64,000 bases of DNA from Felis catus (taxonomy: Eukaryota), in assembly GCF_018350175.1 (NCBI RefSeq), contig NC_058375.1:22878001-22942000 (forward strand), written 5' to 3'. Under the pieces are notes generated by a model that was not told the origin of the DNA, did no database searches, and saw only the letters and a list, made by a program, of their open reading frames with translations. Every line of letters begins with the position of its first letter. Positions within the stretch are counted from its first letter, which is position 1. Both the position numbers and the translations under genes were made by a program. Below, one piece after another: positions 38,078-49,465 of the stretch.

Positions 38078-38357
38078 NNNNNNNNNNNNNNNNNNNNNNN
38101 NNNNNNNNNNNNNNNNNNNNNNNNNNNNNNNNNNNNNNNNNNNNNNNNNNNNNNNNNNNNNNNNNNNNNNNNNNNNNNNNNNNNNNNNNNNNNNNNNNNN
38201 NNNNNNNNNNNNNNNNNNNNNNNNNNNNNNNNNNNNNNNNNNNNNNNNNNNNNNNNNNNNNNNNNNNNNNNNNNNNNNNNNNNNNNNNNNNNNNNNNNNN
38301 NNNNNNNNNNNNNNNNNNNNNNNNNNNNNNNNNNNNNNNNNNNNNNNNNNNNNNNNN
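38078..38357. other. Assembly gap (N run)
   Basis: Run of n; left flank ends in gtgtgtgc. Confidence 0.98.
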
Positions 38358-38953
38358 TAGTGCCCACTGTGTGCCAGGCTGAGGCAGGGCCCCGGAGCTG
38401 GAGGGTGAAGTGGGTCTCAGCTAGCTGGGTCCTCAGGGATAAGTAGGAGTTTGCTTGGCGATGAAGACGAGGTTGCTATGCTGGGGCCCTGGGAAGCCAC
38501 CTGTCTCTTCCTGGCCACCGTGAGAAGAAGCCATTGCCCGTTTGAAAACGATTCATTGAGTGGTTCCATTCAACGGGTGTCAGGATGAACAGGTCGGAGC
38601 CCTGGCCTCAGCTCAGTCCGCCCAACCTGGGTCGAATCCCGATTCTCCTCCTGACACTAGGTCCCCCTGGGCGGGTCACTCAGATCCTGAACCTCCGCCT
38701 CCCACGCTGTGAACAGATGACCACTCGTGGATGCTCATTCAAAGTCCCACCCACCGTAAGGGTGGTGGGCATGTCATGGTGCCTCCCTTCCCGGTACGGG
38801 GTGGGGGGACACACCCGGGCACAGGCAGCCAGCTGGGAGCACCAGGCAGAGCAAAGGAATTGGAAGGGAGAGGCAGAGGGAGGACTCCAGGAGCCAGCCC
38901 GAGGCGAGGTCAGGGAAGGCTTGCTGGAGGAGGAAGCTCCTATGACCGTGCGT

Positions 38954-38955
<2 letters not shown>

Positions 38956-38985
<30 letters not shown>
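38956..38985. repeat. (GT)15 microsatellite
   Basis: Directly visible. Confidence 0.95.
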
Positions 38986-38987
<2 letters not shown>

Positions 38988-39231
38988 CTCCCCTTCCTGT
39001 TCTCCCTCTCTCCAAGCTCTTGCTTTTCTCATTTCCTCACCTCTGTCTCTCTCTGCCCTGACAGGTGGCCTGAGGGACACAACCCTCAGGAATGCAGCTC
39101 TGCTCCCCCAAAGCAGGTCCATAGACGACCCCCCCGCACCCCGGTTAAATGCCCCCCGCCTCGCCCCCCAGAACTGCTTCCCTCCAGTTTGGAAGCTCTC
39201 AGGGCTAGACGCCTGCCACTGCACCTCTCTC

Positions 39232-39232
<1 letters not shown>

Positions 39233-39269
<37 letters not shown>

Positions 39270-39279
39270 TGCACGCACA
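39233..39279. repeat. (AC)n microsatellite
   Basis: Directly visible. Confidence 0.95.
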
Positions 39280-40028
39280 AGGCCCAGGGCAGCGTGGGCA
39301 GTGAGGGGGAAAATCTGGGAGCTGAGGATTAAGAGAAGCCCCTGCAGGACTTAGAGTCAGCCCAGGAAGCAGCAGGGACTGTCCCCTGCGGGGACAGGCC
39401 CCCTTTCCTCCCCGCCTGCTGGGCGGGTCTGCTGGCTGCTCCTTCCCAGCCCCTGTTGGCCCAGCTGAGTGGGTTAGTCCCGTCCCATCTCGGCGCTGCC
39501 CTTTCCTCCTCTGTAAAATGGGGGGATCACCTGGATGGTCCGGGGGCCTCTCCAGCCAGCCTGGAGCCTTCCCTCTGCAACGACTCCTTGAGGCCAGGCT
39601 AAGGGCTTGGCCAAGGGCCCGACAGGCGTCTGGGAAGTGGGTTGAAAAGAGGCCGCGGAAGACGAATCGAGGAAGGGGAGGTGGTTCCCCAGGGGGTTCA
39701 CCCCCCAGACAAGAGAGAGTTTCCAGAGAAGACGAGGCGTGTGCCCCACCCCACCCCTGGTCTGCCCGTCAACCTCCTGGTCTGCTGTGACCTCACCCTC
39801 TGGAGCTCCAGGCTAGGGGAGGAGCCTGGGCACCTGCCAGGACTTGGACCTTGACCCCATGGTTGAGCAGAGAGTGCTTGGGCACCTGCTGTGGGCCAGT
39901 GCTAGCTGGTGAGATGTCACTTCCCCCTCAACCTCTCCTTGGGGGAATACATGCCAGCCTGTGTCACAGATGAGAAGACAGAGGTGCAGGGACAGCACCC
40001 GGTCCAGGGTCACCCCCATTACTACCTT

Positions 40029-40254
40029 GTTTTTTAAAAATTTTTTTTAATGTTCATTTATTTTTTAGAGAGAGAGAGAGAGAGAGACAGAGACAGAGTG
40101 AGAGCAGGGAAGGAGAAGAGAGAAGAATCAGAAACAGGCTCCAGGCTCCGAGCTGTCAGCACAGAGCCCGATGCGGGGCTTGAACTCACGAACCACGAGA
40201 TCACGGCCTGAGCTGCAACCAGTCACTTAACCGACTGAGCCACCCAGGCGCCCC
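40029..40254 (-). mobile_element. Can-SINE
   Basis: ttaaccgactgagccacccaggcgcccc terminus; TSD core ttactacctt at 40019-40028 and 40262-40271. Confidence 0.95.
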
Positions 40255-40937
40255 AGCCCTGTTACTACCTTTTAATCTCCCAGGGTCATCTCTACCCCTG
40301 CAGGGGATTATTTTATTCACGTCTGCCCCTCCCACTGGTTCCCAGCCTCCAGGTGGCCAGTGACCGTGTCTGCCCCACGGCTCACGACACCCCAGCATCC
40401 AGCACAGTGCCCACCATGTAATAGGGGCTCAATAAAACTTGTGAGAGAGGGATAGGATGAGACCTCTTAGGGAAACTGAGTCTCCCAGAGGAATTATGCC
40501 CCCCTCTTCATCCTGGCCCCCCAGCAGCTGCCTCCCACTCCCCATCTGGCCACATCTGGCGCTAAGTGACAGGCTGACACAGGCGTTAACGGCCTGCCTG
40601 GTGGGTCAAGCCCTGTAACCGAGCTCTGCGTGGGGAGAGCCAAAGTGACCCCCTTCCCCTCCTGGAGCCCCAGCCCTGGCTCAAAGCACCACCTCCCGCC
40701 CCCCCCCCCCGGGCCTCCCTAGACCAGGCTGTTTGTGTTTGCACATGAGCGGGCCCCGGGGAGGGGAGGTCACAGGCCCCAGGTAGAGCTGGGACAAGGG
40801 GCCCCTCCCCTGAGTCCTCTTGCGTCCGTCATCCCCACCTGCGCAGGTGGTGGAACACGCTCTGATTTCAGCGTCCCTGAGCACTTCCCCACCCTCCCCA
40901 CCACCCTCCGGGGCACTCCGCCTGTCACCCAGTCCCC

Positions 40938-41752
40938 TGCTAAGTGACAGTCCCCCCAGGAGACAGAAACCACATAGGAGTATGAATGGCAAAAGCTGAA
41001 CACAAATTTAACTGCAACCGTGGGTCAGAATAACAAGTGATTAGCTAGTAAGACGTGAACGCTATAGAATCCGAAAAAGCAAATATGAGGGGCCAGCCGT
41101 TAGCTCAGGCTGAGGGAGGACACCCGAGGAAGAACCCCCGACCCCAGAGGCCGAGATCCAGACCTGGACCGAGAGGGCACAGTGTGGCTCACTGCGTGGC
41201 AAAGAAGTCACTGTGATGCCATTCACATGGAACGTGCCGGAAAATCTGCCCTCCAGATCTTGCCAGAAATCGTCTCTTTAGCGGATGCCCGTAAGAGCTG
41301 TTGATAGGGAGGTGACTCTGGGTGTCCCTGTTATGAAACCACCTTAGGGGGTTGCTGGGAGACGCTGCTGGCTGCTTACCCTGTGCACTGCCTGGGGGTC
41401 GGCCCCTGCACCGCAGGACCCCGGGGAACATGACCGTATTGCAGGAGCGGGGTCCCTGTGAAGCTTAGGCCACAGCAGGTGAGTGCCGGAAAAGCCCCAC
41501 GTGTCACAGAGGCTCCCTGTGGCCAGCCAATCCCCGTGCCCTGTGGGACCTGGGCCCCCGGGGGGGAAGCCAGTGCTGTGGTAATACATTAGCCTGCCCA
41601 GCAAGGGGGTCTTGGGGACCTGGGAAGCCACGTCTCTCCACTGCCCCCTATTGACTGCGTTTAACATCACGCCTACTGAGAAAGGGAGATACTGAGAGCG
41701 GGGCCGTGTCTATTTCCACAAATCAGGCGACAAAGGGACTGTGAGCGGCACG
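40938..41752 (-). mobile_element. ERVL 3' LTR (LTR41-like by recollection)
   Basis: Begins directly after a polypurine tract on the minus strand (cgtgcc, i.e. TG>CG) and ends ...ttagca; segments ccaggagacagaaaccaca, gattagctagtaag, ccgagatccagacc, gtggctcactg...agaagtcactgtg match a remembered ERVL LTR consensus. Confidence 0.7.
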
Positions 41753-41780
41753 GTCCACTCCTTTGGTTACTCCCCTTCCC
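41753..41780 (-). other. Retroviral polypurine tract
   Basis: Minus strand reads ggggaaggggagtaaccaaaggagtggac immediately before the LTR, like the ERV-L ...aaggggtggac|tgt junction. Confidence 0.6.
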
Positions 41781-42329
41781 CACGCGTGCTCAGACCCACC
41801 TCTGAATTTCCGTGCAACTGCAAACAGGGCGCTCTATCGGCACCCAGCCAGAGGCGGCTGTGTCTTATAAGTGACCCGATCTTCCCCTAAAACGAGGAGA
41901 CCCGCAGCCCCGAGACTCCCTGCCTCCACGGCTGGCTGTAACTTACTCGCCCCTCAAGTTCATCACAGTTCACTGACCAAGGACTGAATTGCCGTGTTAA
42001 CTCGCGACCTCTGGCATATAAAATGAGAAGAAACGGAGAGAGAAGCAAGTGGCTGGCATACGTAAGCAAACAGGGACGGGTAGTAAGCAAATGGAAAATA
42101 CGCAACGCTACTCCAACGATCGTTTTTTTCCAGTTGGCCACGAGGCCACGATTGATATCTCTGATTTCCTTCTCCCGTCACCCGTTCCATATCCCAACCC
42201 CCGCCACCCACCCACCCCCTCTCAGCCAAATGCTCAGGGGCTCAGAGTTCTTTGCCTGGTGGAGTGACCCGAGGCTTCGGTACTGGAGAGTCTGAGCCCT
42301 CCATCAGGCTGCCTTTCTTTGCAGGGAGG

Positions 42330-42850
42330 GTTTGCCGGAGTTTTCCATTAACTTTCGCTATGGGGTCAGTAAGGGGCACCTCGCAGAATCCCCTGTCCCA
42401 GATAGAGTTCCCCTTCCAGCCTCTGCCCCTCTGCCCCATTTTGAAGCAGCAACTCATTTCCCTTTGGTAATCAAGATCCATCACTCCAGAGAGTAGACGA
42501 GCCTCTTTCTTGACTGTTGGTTCAACAGCGTTAAGTCCAGAATGGCCAAGGGACAGTTTTTAATTTTTTTAATGTTTATTTATTTTTGAGAGAGAGAGGG
42601 AGACGGAGAGCGAGTGGGAGAGGGGCAGAGAGAGAGAGAGACATAGAATCCAAAGCAGGCTCCGGGCTCTGAGCTATCAGCACAGAGCCCGACGCGGGGC
42701 TTGAACCCACGAGCCGCAAGATCATGACCTGAGCCGAAGTCGGACGCTTAACTGAGCCACCCAGCCGCCCCAAGCCAAGGGACAGTTTTCATCTTGATGT
42801 GTCCCCCGGTGGAAGCCTTATTGCCTTGGGAGCCAAGCCCTCTGAGCCAG
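42330..42850 (-). pseudogene. ERV-L dUTPase remnant interrupted by a Can-SINE
   Basis: ORF-track peptides GLAPKAIRLPPGDTS (cf. LEVLVPEGGMLPPGDTT) and MDLDYQREMSCC...AKVNGKLRQ...RVTPPGK (cf. VIDPDYQDEISLL...IKVNGKLQQ...VWVTPPGK); frameshifts and stops. Confidence 0.85.
42561..42771 (-). mobile_element. Can-SINE inserted in the ERV-L dUTPase
   Basis: 16-bp TSD gccaagggacagtttt at 42545-42560 and 42774-42789. Confidence 0.97.
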
Positions 42851-42859
42851 CAGAGTAGC

Positions 42860-43645
42860 GAGCTGGCACCATGAGAACAGAGTCTGTGAGTGGGTGATTA
42901 GGCGTGACAGTGACAGGAGACTCTCTCTCGTCTCTTGAACCCAGGGCTCCGGGTTCTGGGGAGACAGCCCCAGATACGGGTCTCAGATTCACAACGTCTC
43001 CCACGTCCTGTAAGAGAGAACACAACTGAGTCTCCACCCACCGTTCCCTCTTTCAGTTAGTCCAACTCCTCTGGGTACGTGGTGAGATGGGTCAATTCCA
43101 TGGGCACGAGCCAGTGACCACGCTTCCCTCGCTGAGACCTGAGCTCCCTTCTTCCCTTGAAGAAAGCCACGATGGTGGCCAAGGCATCCTGGGAGCCGAC
43201 GCGGGCCGACGCTGGAAGAATTGCAGGCGGGGTAGACAAATCCGGGTCCAGAACACGCGTCCCTTCCGATGAGGATGAGCTCTGCCCCCTCCGTGAGGAC
43301 CAGGTCTCACGGCATCCCTTGCCTCCAGGTGGGAGACAGTGCCAGGCCCGGGCCCCAATGTGGCTCTCTGCTGGTGGGGGATTAGGCTCTTCTCGGTGAC
43401 CTTCGCCTTGGTGAGGGGCAGCACAGGCCGCACAGTGAGGGCCGCAGAGCCCAAGCACAGCCTCGGGCTCTGCCACCGTGACCACTCTGTTCATGTGCCC
43501 ATCGAGCGAGCACTGGGGTGGCTGTGGGGCAAAGGGCTGTGTGGAAAGCGTCATCGGGTCCACCTGATCCCTTGGGACCTCATCCACCGTGGATTCCCTT
43601 TGGTGAGCATCCGCTTGAGACACAAGTATCTTCACCCCTGACCCT
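42860..43645 (-). pseudogene. ERV-L pol remnant (RNase H C-terminus plus integrase)
   Basis: VKILVSQADAHQ (cf. VKIFVSHVNAHQ); manual translation WAHEQSGHGGR at ~43470-43501; LPLTKA...QQRATLG; LILIGRDACSGPGFVYPACN (cf. FVLTGIDTYSGYGFAYPARN); VNLRPVSGAVSP; several frameshifts, an in-frame stop, and HHCC cysteines lost. Confidence 0.88.
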
Positions 43646-44477
43646 GCCGCCCTCCCCGCCTCCCCTCCGCCCACCCTCCCATCACTGATGAGCAGCTGCT
43701 CCGGCCGGCACTGCTCCAGGCACAGGACAGGGAGGCAGAGGACAGAAGGCACCCGGCCCCTCCTCGCGGCCCACGCAGTAACAGGGAGAGGCGACAGACT
43801 CACCAACGACGGGCCAACTCCGTGACAGGCCAGCTGGTGAGGAGCATGTGAGGAGGACTCTGCCTCTGACAGGACAAGAGAAGGGCCCCGTGGACAGGAC
43901 GGGGACACGGAACAGTGTGGGGGGCACTGGGTGACCAGAGGGGGCCGGGACCTCAGAGGGAGGTCAGGAGGGGCTGGGGGGGTGGAGGGAAGACACATGA
44001 GCTGGGATATGACGTGAAGGAGCCCGGGGGCCGGAGGGGGGTCGTTATTAACAGAGCCCCTCACTGTCCCCAAGTGCCCCAGATGTGACATAAGTCAGGA
44101 GGTCGCCTTTGCCAAGAGAGCTAAACGAGCTCATGCACATATGTCTGAACCCAGCGTGGCGCTCAGGACACGAGAGCTGTGACGTCCTCCCCGCCGTCAC
44201 CCCTGCACTTTGGTTACTTCTGTCTGGACCCAGGTGCTACCCGGTCACCCGCTGTTTCAAAGTCTCAGAAACCGGCAACGAAGGGCGTTTGGGGTGAGCG
44301 CCGTCCCCCCCTCGGACAGAGCCGCCCCCTCTTGCCCCGGGGCTGTCGGGGGAGACTGAGACCTGAGCCCCCACGGGCGGGGGCGCACCCAGGTGCGTGC
44401 AGTCAGCCTGTCCCCTGTCCCCAACCCCGCAGACCAGGCAGCTCCTGCTGACAGGCCGTCCTGTCGGGAACCTGGGG

Positions 44478-44630
44478 AAGTCTAATTAATTATGCTAATT
44501 GACACCTTCGCCAGATGTCTGCCGTGTGACGCCCGCTCCAGCAATACGACGTTCAGATAATTCTGTTTGAACAGCACTTTCCGAGCAATATGCTTTCCAT
44601 TTGGCTCGCCCGGAAAATGATTTCTTTTCG
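44478..44630. promoter_or_regulatory. Candidate enhancer / conserved noncoding element
   Basis: TAATTAATTA 44483-44492 overlapping ATGCTAATTG 44492-44501. Confidence 0.5.
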
Positions 44631-45599
44631 AGGACAGGGCCCGGGCTGGGCCGGCCAGCGCTCGGCCCTACTTATTCCCCTCTTGGAAGGTCACGGAGGG
44701 TGCCAGCGTCAGGCACCGGCCACGCTGTCCCCGGGGCTGACCTCGAGCAGAGGGAGGGCACTTAGAGCAGAAAGAGCCGACAGTTACGGAGCACCGGCTC
44801 CAGACTGGATGTGAGGGTGACCGGCCTGCGTTTCGTCCTCAGGCCACCCCTGAGGGAGAGTGTTACCTCTGATTTCTCAGGTCAGGAAAGTGAGCTTCAG
44901 AAGGACGGTGATTTGCCTCAGGCCACTGCTGCCCCCGCCACCTTCACCCATCACTGGCCTTGGCCCTTGGTCCTCCAAGTCCGGCCCCGTGCCTGAGATG
45001 ACACCTCAGGGTCCCCACAGTGTGGCTGACAGCCTCCTGGATGGGGGAGGGGCTTGTGAACATGCTGATCCCAGGACCTTCCCCAGACCCCAGAACCAGG
45101 ACCCCTAAGAGTGGGGTAGACCAGGGGATCCGTATTTAACCTCCTCCTGGAGTGAGTCTGATGCTCTCCAAAGTCTGAGAGAGCACCTTGTCTGAGTCTG
45201 TCGCCTCCCCGCCCACCTCACCCTTGGACCCTCCCCATAGCTGCCCGCCTGGGCTGACCTCCACCCCCCCTCCACCCCCCAACCCCCCCCCCCCGCTGCC
45301 CCAGGCCATCCGCCCAGGAGCTCTGGGCCCAAACCACCACCACCCTGCCACTGTCCGCTCCCTGCCCTTGGCTTCAACCCCATCACCCTAACCTTCCCCC
45401 TGGACCCCGACCCTCAGGCCCGAAGGCACAGACGGGTACAGCCCCTGGGGTGGAGGCGGAGCCTGGGTGGAGAGGCCCCGCCAACTCTCACGCCGGCTCC
45501 CCAGGAAGGACTGACTGGGGGGCTGGGCTTCGAGCCCCCAGGCCCAGACCTTCAGTCCTGCAGCAGCAGAACGAAATCCAGAAGCCCTCCGTGGGTCTG

Positions 45600-46700
45600 G
45601 AACTCAGCTGACCCCCGCAGTGATTTCACCTGCTCGTCCACAGCCCCTCTCCGTCCACGCCAGGACCGGATCCAGCCGCGGGAGCCGCACCCCCAGCACC
45701 TGCCCGAACCCTCAGAGCCCGACCCGCGCCTCCTCCTTCCATTATCCCTCCCGGATCGCACCCGGCTCCAGGTGTGCGGTCCGGCGACAAAGTTAACCAC
45801 CGCTATTTGCCTCCACACCGTCCATTACCAGGAGACTTGGGTCTGATGGAAAGTTCTGGAACCCCTCCGTTTAAGGTCCTCGAAAGCTTGTGCCAGGCAC
45901 ACAGACTTCACCTGCCTCACCTCCCCCGACCGTCACAAGATCCACTGGGGTGTTATTACTCGCCCATGGTGTGCCTGGGGAAACTGAGGCAGGAGAGGCA
46001 TGGATCCGGGCCCACAGGCAGCAGGCAGTGGCCCCGAGCCCCCCGCCCCCGCGGCGCTGTCCTGGCGCCGCCCGCCGTGCGGGGCCTGGAGCCACCACGG
46101 CTCCTGGGCAGGGATCTCGGGGCTCCACCGCGAGCACCCCTGGGAACGAGCGGTCACGTGCAACCGCCCCCCGCGGAAGCGTCTGCACCGGGGATCCCGG
46201 CGCCGGAAGAGCTCGGGTGAAAGTCCCATCCGACGGCGCCACCGACTCGGACCCACGACCTCCGTTCCGACCCCGTGACTTGCTCCAGAGGCTGCGTGGG
46301 GCCCACGCTGTGCTCGGTAAATGTTGACGCGGCCTCTGGCCAAAAGCAATAAAAATCTGACCTAGAAAAGTGAACAGGACTTGGAAATCATGAGCCCCAA
46401 GCCCCGGCCTGACGTCTGGGGGAGGACAGCGCGGGGCAGCAGAAGGAAGAGAAGGAAAGCGACCGGCGATCTCCCCTCCCGCGCGCTCCCTCCAGGCCTC
46501 CATTAACCTCTGCGGGGCCAGAGCCCGGCCTGCGAATGGAGAGCGGAGGAGGCAGGGTGGTGTCAGGAGGACGCCCGGCCCCCAGCACCGGGAGGCACCC
46601 TCGCAGGGTCACCTCGCCCTGGAGGAACCCCCCCCCCCCCCGACCACCTGCAGCGGAACAGCCCAGAGAGCAGGAGCGAAGGGGCACCTGCCGACCCTGC
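45600..46700. promoter_or_regulatory. CpG-rich island-like segment with no recognised gene
   Basis: Visibly dense CpG (e.g. cggcgctgtcctggcgccgcccgccgtgcgg); CpG o/e not computed. Confidence 0.45.
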
Positions 46701-47629
46701 CAAGGTCATGGCTCTGAGCACTTCCTCTCCGTGTATTGGGGTTGGCGGCTCTGTGGAGTTTTTAGCCACCCGCCTGAAGGTGCCCAAAGCCTCAAAGGCC
46801 ACCGAGTCTTCCCCACGACAAGGCCGTCATGGTGACATCTCGTTGATGGTGCCACGGTGTTTTGCCCCGCCCGCCAGAGCGACCACTCTCTCATCAGTGC
46901 CCTCTGCTCTGCACCTTGACTTGAGGGCCCCTGGTCCTGCCCTGACTGGGCCCCTCCTCCACTCGGGCTGTGTCACCGGCAGCGACAGGAAGTGGAGGAG
47001 GAGGCTGTGGGGGAGGGGCGCGCCCCTGCCGCCAGTGACTGTGCCCACTGGGCCTCTCAGACCCCGATGATAAAGCCCAACACCAGTGTCTTCCCCATCG
47101 CGGGGTGGGGTTGGCGAGGCAGGTGGTAGGAGAGGGGATCTGGACTGGGATTATCCCCCCTCCTCCCGGCTTGTGCCCACGTCGCCCGCATCCCCTTGGC
47201 ACAGGGCTAGCTGACTGTCTCCCCCACTGTGAGCACTGGTGACCCCGGAGCCGTCTGCAGTCACCACGGAGGACACATACCCCACCGCCCTGGGGAGAGG
47301 GTCTTTCTGGATCTCAGAACTCCGAGCCAAGGGGCTTCAGACAAACCCCTCACGTCTGGGATACGGGACCTTGAGGACATGGGCTGGAGGAAATTTGTGA
47401 GGCTGCTGTCCAGACCTCACAGGCCGCGACAGACCTGCTTCGGCATTTACGGCCGGAGCTGGAGCCTATTTCCCAGTCTAAATAATCAGGAAAACACCAG
47501 GGGCCCGCTTGTATCACCAGGTTGAGGGGCTGTGAGCTGGGGTGGGGGTGGGGCAAGGCCCTTCCCCCTGGTGGGGGCGGGGGAGGGGGGATGGTAGGGC
47601 AGGAATGTCGTCCCACCTGGAAAATGGGG

Positions 47630-48330
47630 TTGGCCTAGATCTCCGATGTGCCTTTCAGGCATCTCACAAATCATGTTTTTAAACCGCCGCTCTCAAACCT
47701 CCCCCATCACCTTGCCCAATTCCTCAACAAACCCGAGAAGGTCACCGTCCGCCCCCGTGGAGTTACTGGGCGCAGACCTGCCGCCTAATTTCATGCAAAT
47801 CCCAGCCCACCTTATCCTGCCCGGGGTTTCGGCTCCTCTGTGTTTTCATGGTGACACAACCCATCCTTGTCTCCAGCCGAGTCCCTAATCCCTGCAATTT
47901 CCATGGCGCTCGTAATTATGAAAAAAAACCAAATCTGAAGCACAGAAATTGTCCACCCTGGCTGTGAGATTACACACGTTAGTGGACTTTATTGAATTTA
48001 TTTTGCAGTTACTGAGGAGATGAAGCTCACTGTGCTGCTCCAGAGGGCAAAACAAGGCCCGCTGGGGGAATCTTCCAGAAGGCAGGCTGGAATTCAAAAG
48101 GGAAGGAGCACTTTCTGATGTCAGAGGGAGAGCGTAGGCCGGCAGAGTAGAGAGCCGGGTGTGGTCCCTGTGGGGACAGCTGTAGGTCGTAGCTGGGTCC
48201 ATTTCCCGACTTGTACTTCCCAGGGGTTTATTTGGACGAGCGAGTTAATGTGATGCCCCCGGCTCCCCGTTTCTTCCTCTGTGGGATGGTGACAGCCATG
48301 CCTAGCGAGTGGTCATGCTGTGATTTCATT
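47630..48330. promoter_or_regulatory. Candidate enhancer cluster
   Basis: CTAATT followed by octamer ATGCAAAT 47793-47800, TAATCC 47886-47891, TAATTA 47913-47918. Confidence 0.45.
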
Positions 48331-49239
48331 ATTCGGTGTCGGGGAAGCTTCCTCCCACCCCGAATGTCCCCCGAGTGTCCCCCGGATACCTCGGCCTCCC
48401 CACCCACAGAGCTGAGCGAGTTTGAGGAGGAGCAGGAGAAAATCACCCGTCTCGCTCTCCCTTTGGGAGTCTGGCCGCTGGAGGGGAGCTCCCCACCCGA
48501 TCTGCTTTCCCACTGCCAGAGGCTTATACACCCACACCCCAAAAACGGGGAAGCCTGCCCCAGGGGTCCAGCGCTGCCTTGGATGGTAAGGTCAGCCCTG
48601 TCTAACCCTACGGTCCACAGTAAAAGTCCACAAGCCCCGCGGCTTTGTCAGTGATAAAGGGGACACTGTTTCTCCACCGGCCATGCCCTGGATCCTCTGG
48701 TTGGTTCAGATTCAAGGCAGGAGATGTTTTTGTCCCACCCCTTAAAGCACAAGCATTATTAATACAACGGCTGAGAGCTTCGGACGGCACAGACAAAGGA
48801 GCTGACGTCAGGTCTCTGTTTCTAGAACATACACTCCTCAGAGGCAGGAACCACGACATGTGTCTTCTCCACTGCCAGTCCAGCCGAGCATAGAGACCAG
48901 GATGGAGTAGATGTTCAATAAATAATGCTGACCAAGTGAATTTTACCGCCATGACAGGGCTGTGAATAAGGGCTCCGGGAACACAGAATAGGGGCGCGTA
49001 AGTCGTGTGAAGGGCGAGGGTAGAGCTGGGGAGGGCTGAATCTTCAAGGGGAGCCAGGAGAAACCGGTCAAGTCCAAGGTGACGGTGAGACCAGGTGTTT
49101 CAGGAACTAGAGGGCCGCCGCAGGGTCAGGTGGAATTCGTGAAGAAACAGGAATGACGGTAGAGAGTCTGCGGGACTGGATGATGACGAACCAGGAAAGC
49201 CAAGCCAGATTCTGGCATATTCCTGATGCCAGTAGGGCA

Positions 49240-49465
49240 TTGATTCTCCCTAATGTTTGTGGAACACCTGCTATGCTCCAGGCACAGCCCTAAGCACCTG
49301 ACCTATGTGAACCCATCCAACGAGAAGCCCAGGAGGTAGGGGTCACTATCCTCTCCATTCGCAGCTGTGGAAACTGAGGCAGCGAGAGGTGAGGTAAATT
49401 ACCAAAGGCCACACAGCCATTGAGTGGTGGGGCTGGGATTTGAGCCTGGGCGCATGGGCTCTGGA
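49240..49465 (-). mobile_element. MIR SINE
   Basis: gtggaaactgaggcagcgagaggtgaggtaaattacc...ggctgggatttgagcctgg. Confidence 0.8.

Larger units (their letters stand above)
41753..43645 (-). mobile_element. ERV-L (class III endogenous retrovirus) internal 3' remnant
   Basis: Colinear degenerate translations: RNase H tail, integrase, dUTPase, pol C-terminus, then PPT and LTR. Confidence 0.9.

Noticed and set aside
43057-44091. 344-aa minus-strand ORF overlapping the ERV-L pol remnant, as a possible domesticated retroviral gene
   Set aside because: It is in the ancestral frame only briefly. The integrase HH motif and catalytic-core segment lie in other frames, one with a stop, and the zinc-finger cysteines are lost. 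The N-terminal half is low-complexity GC-rich sequence.
46053-46072. REST/RE1-like site (ggcgctgtcc)
   Set aside because: Only one half-site matches; the GGTGCTGAA half is absent at the canonical spacing.
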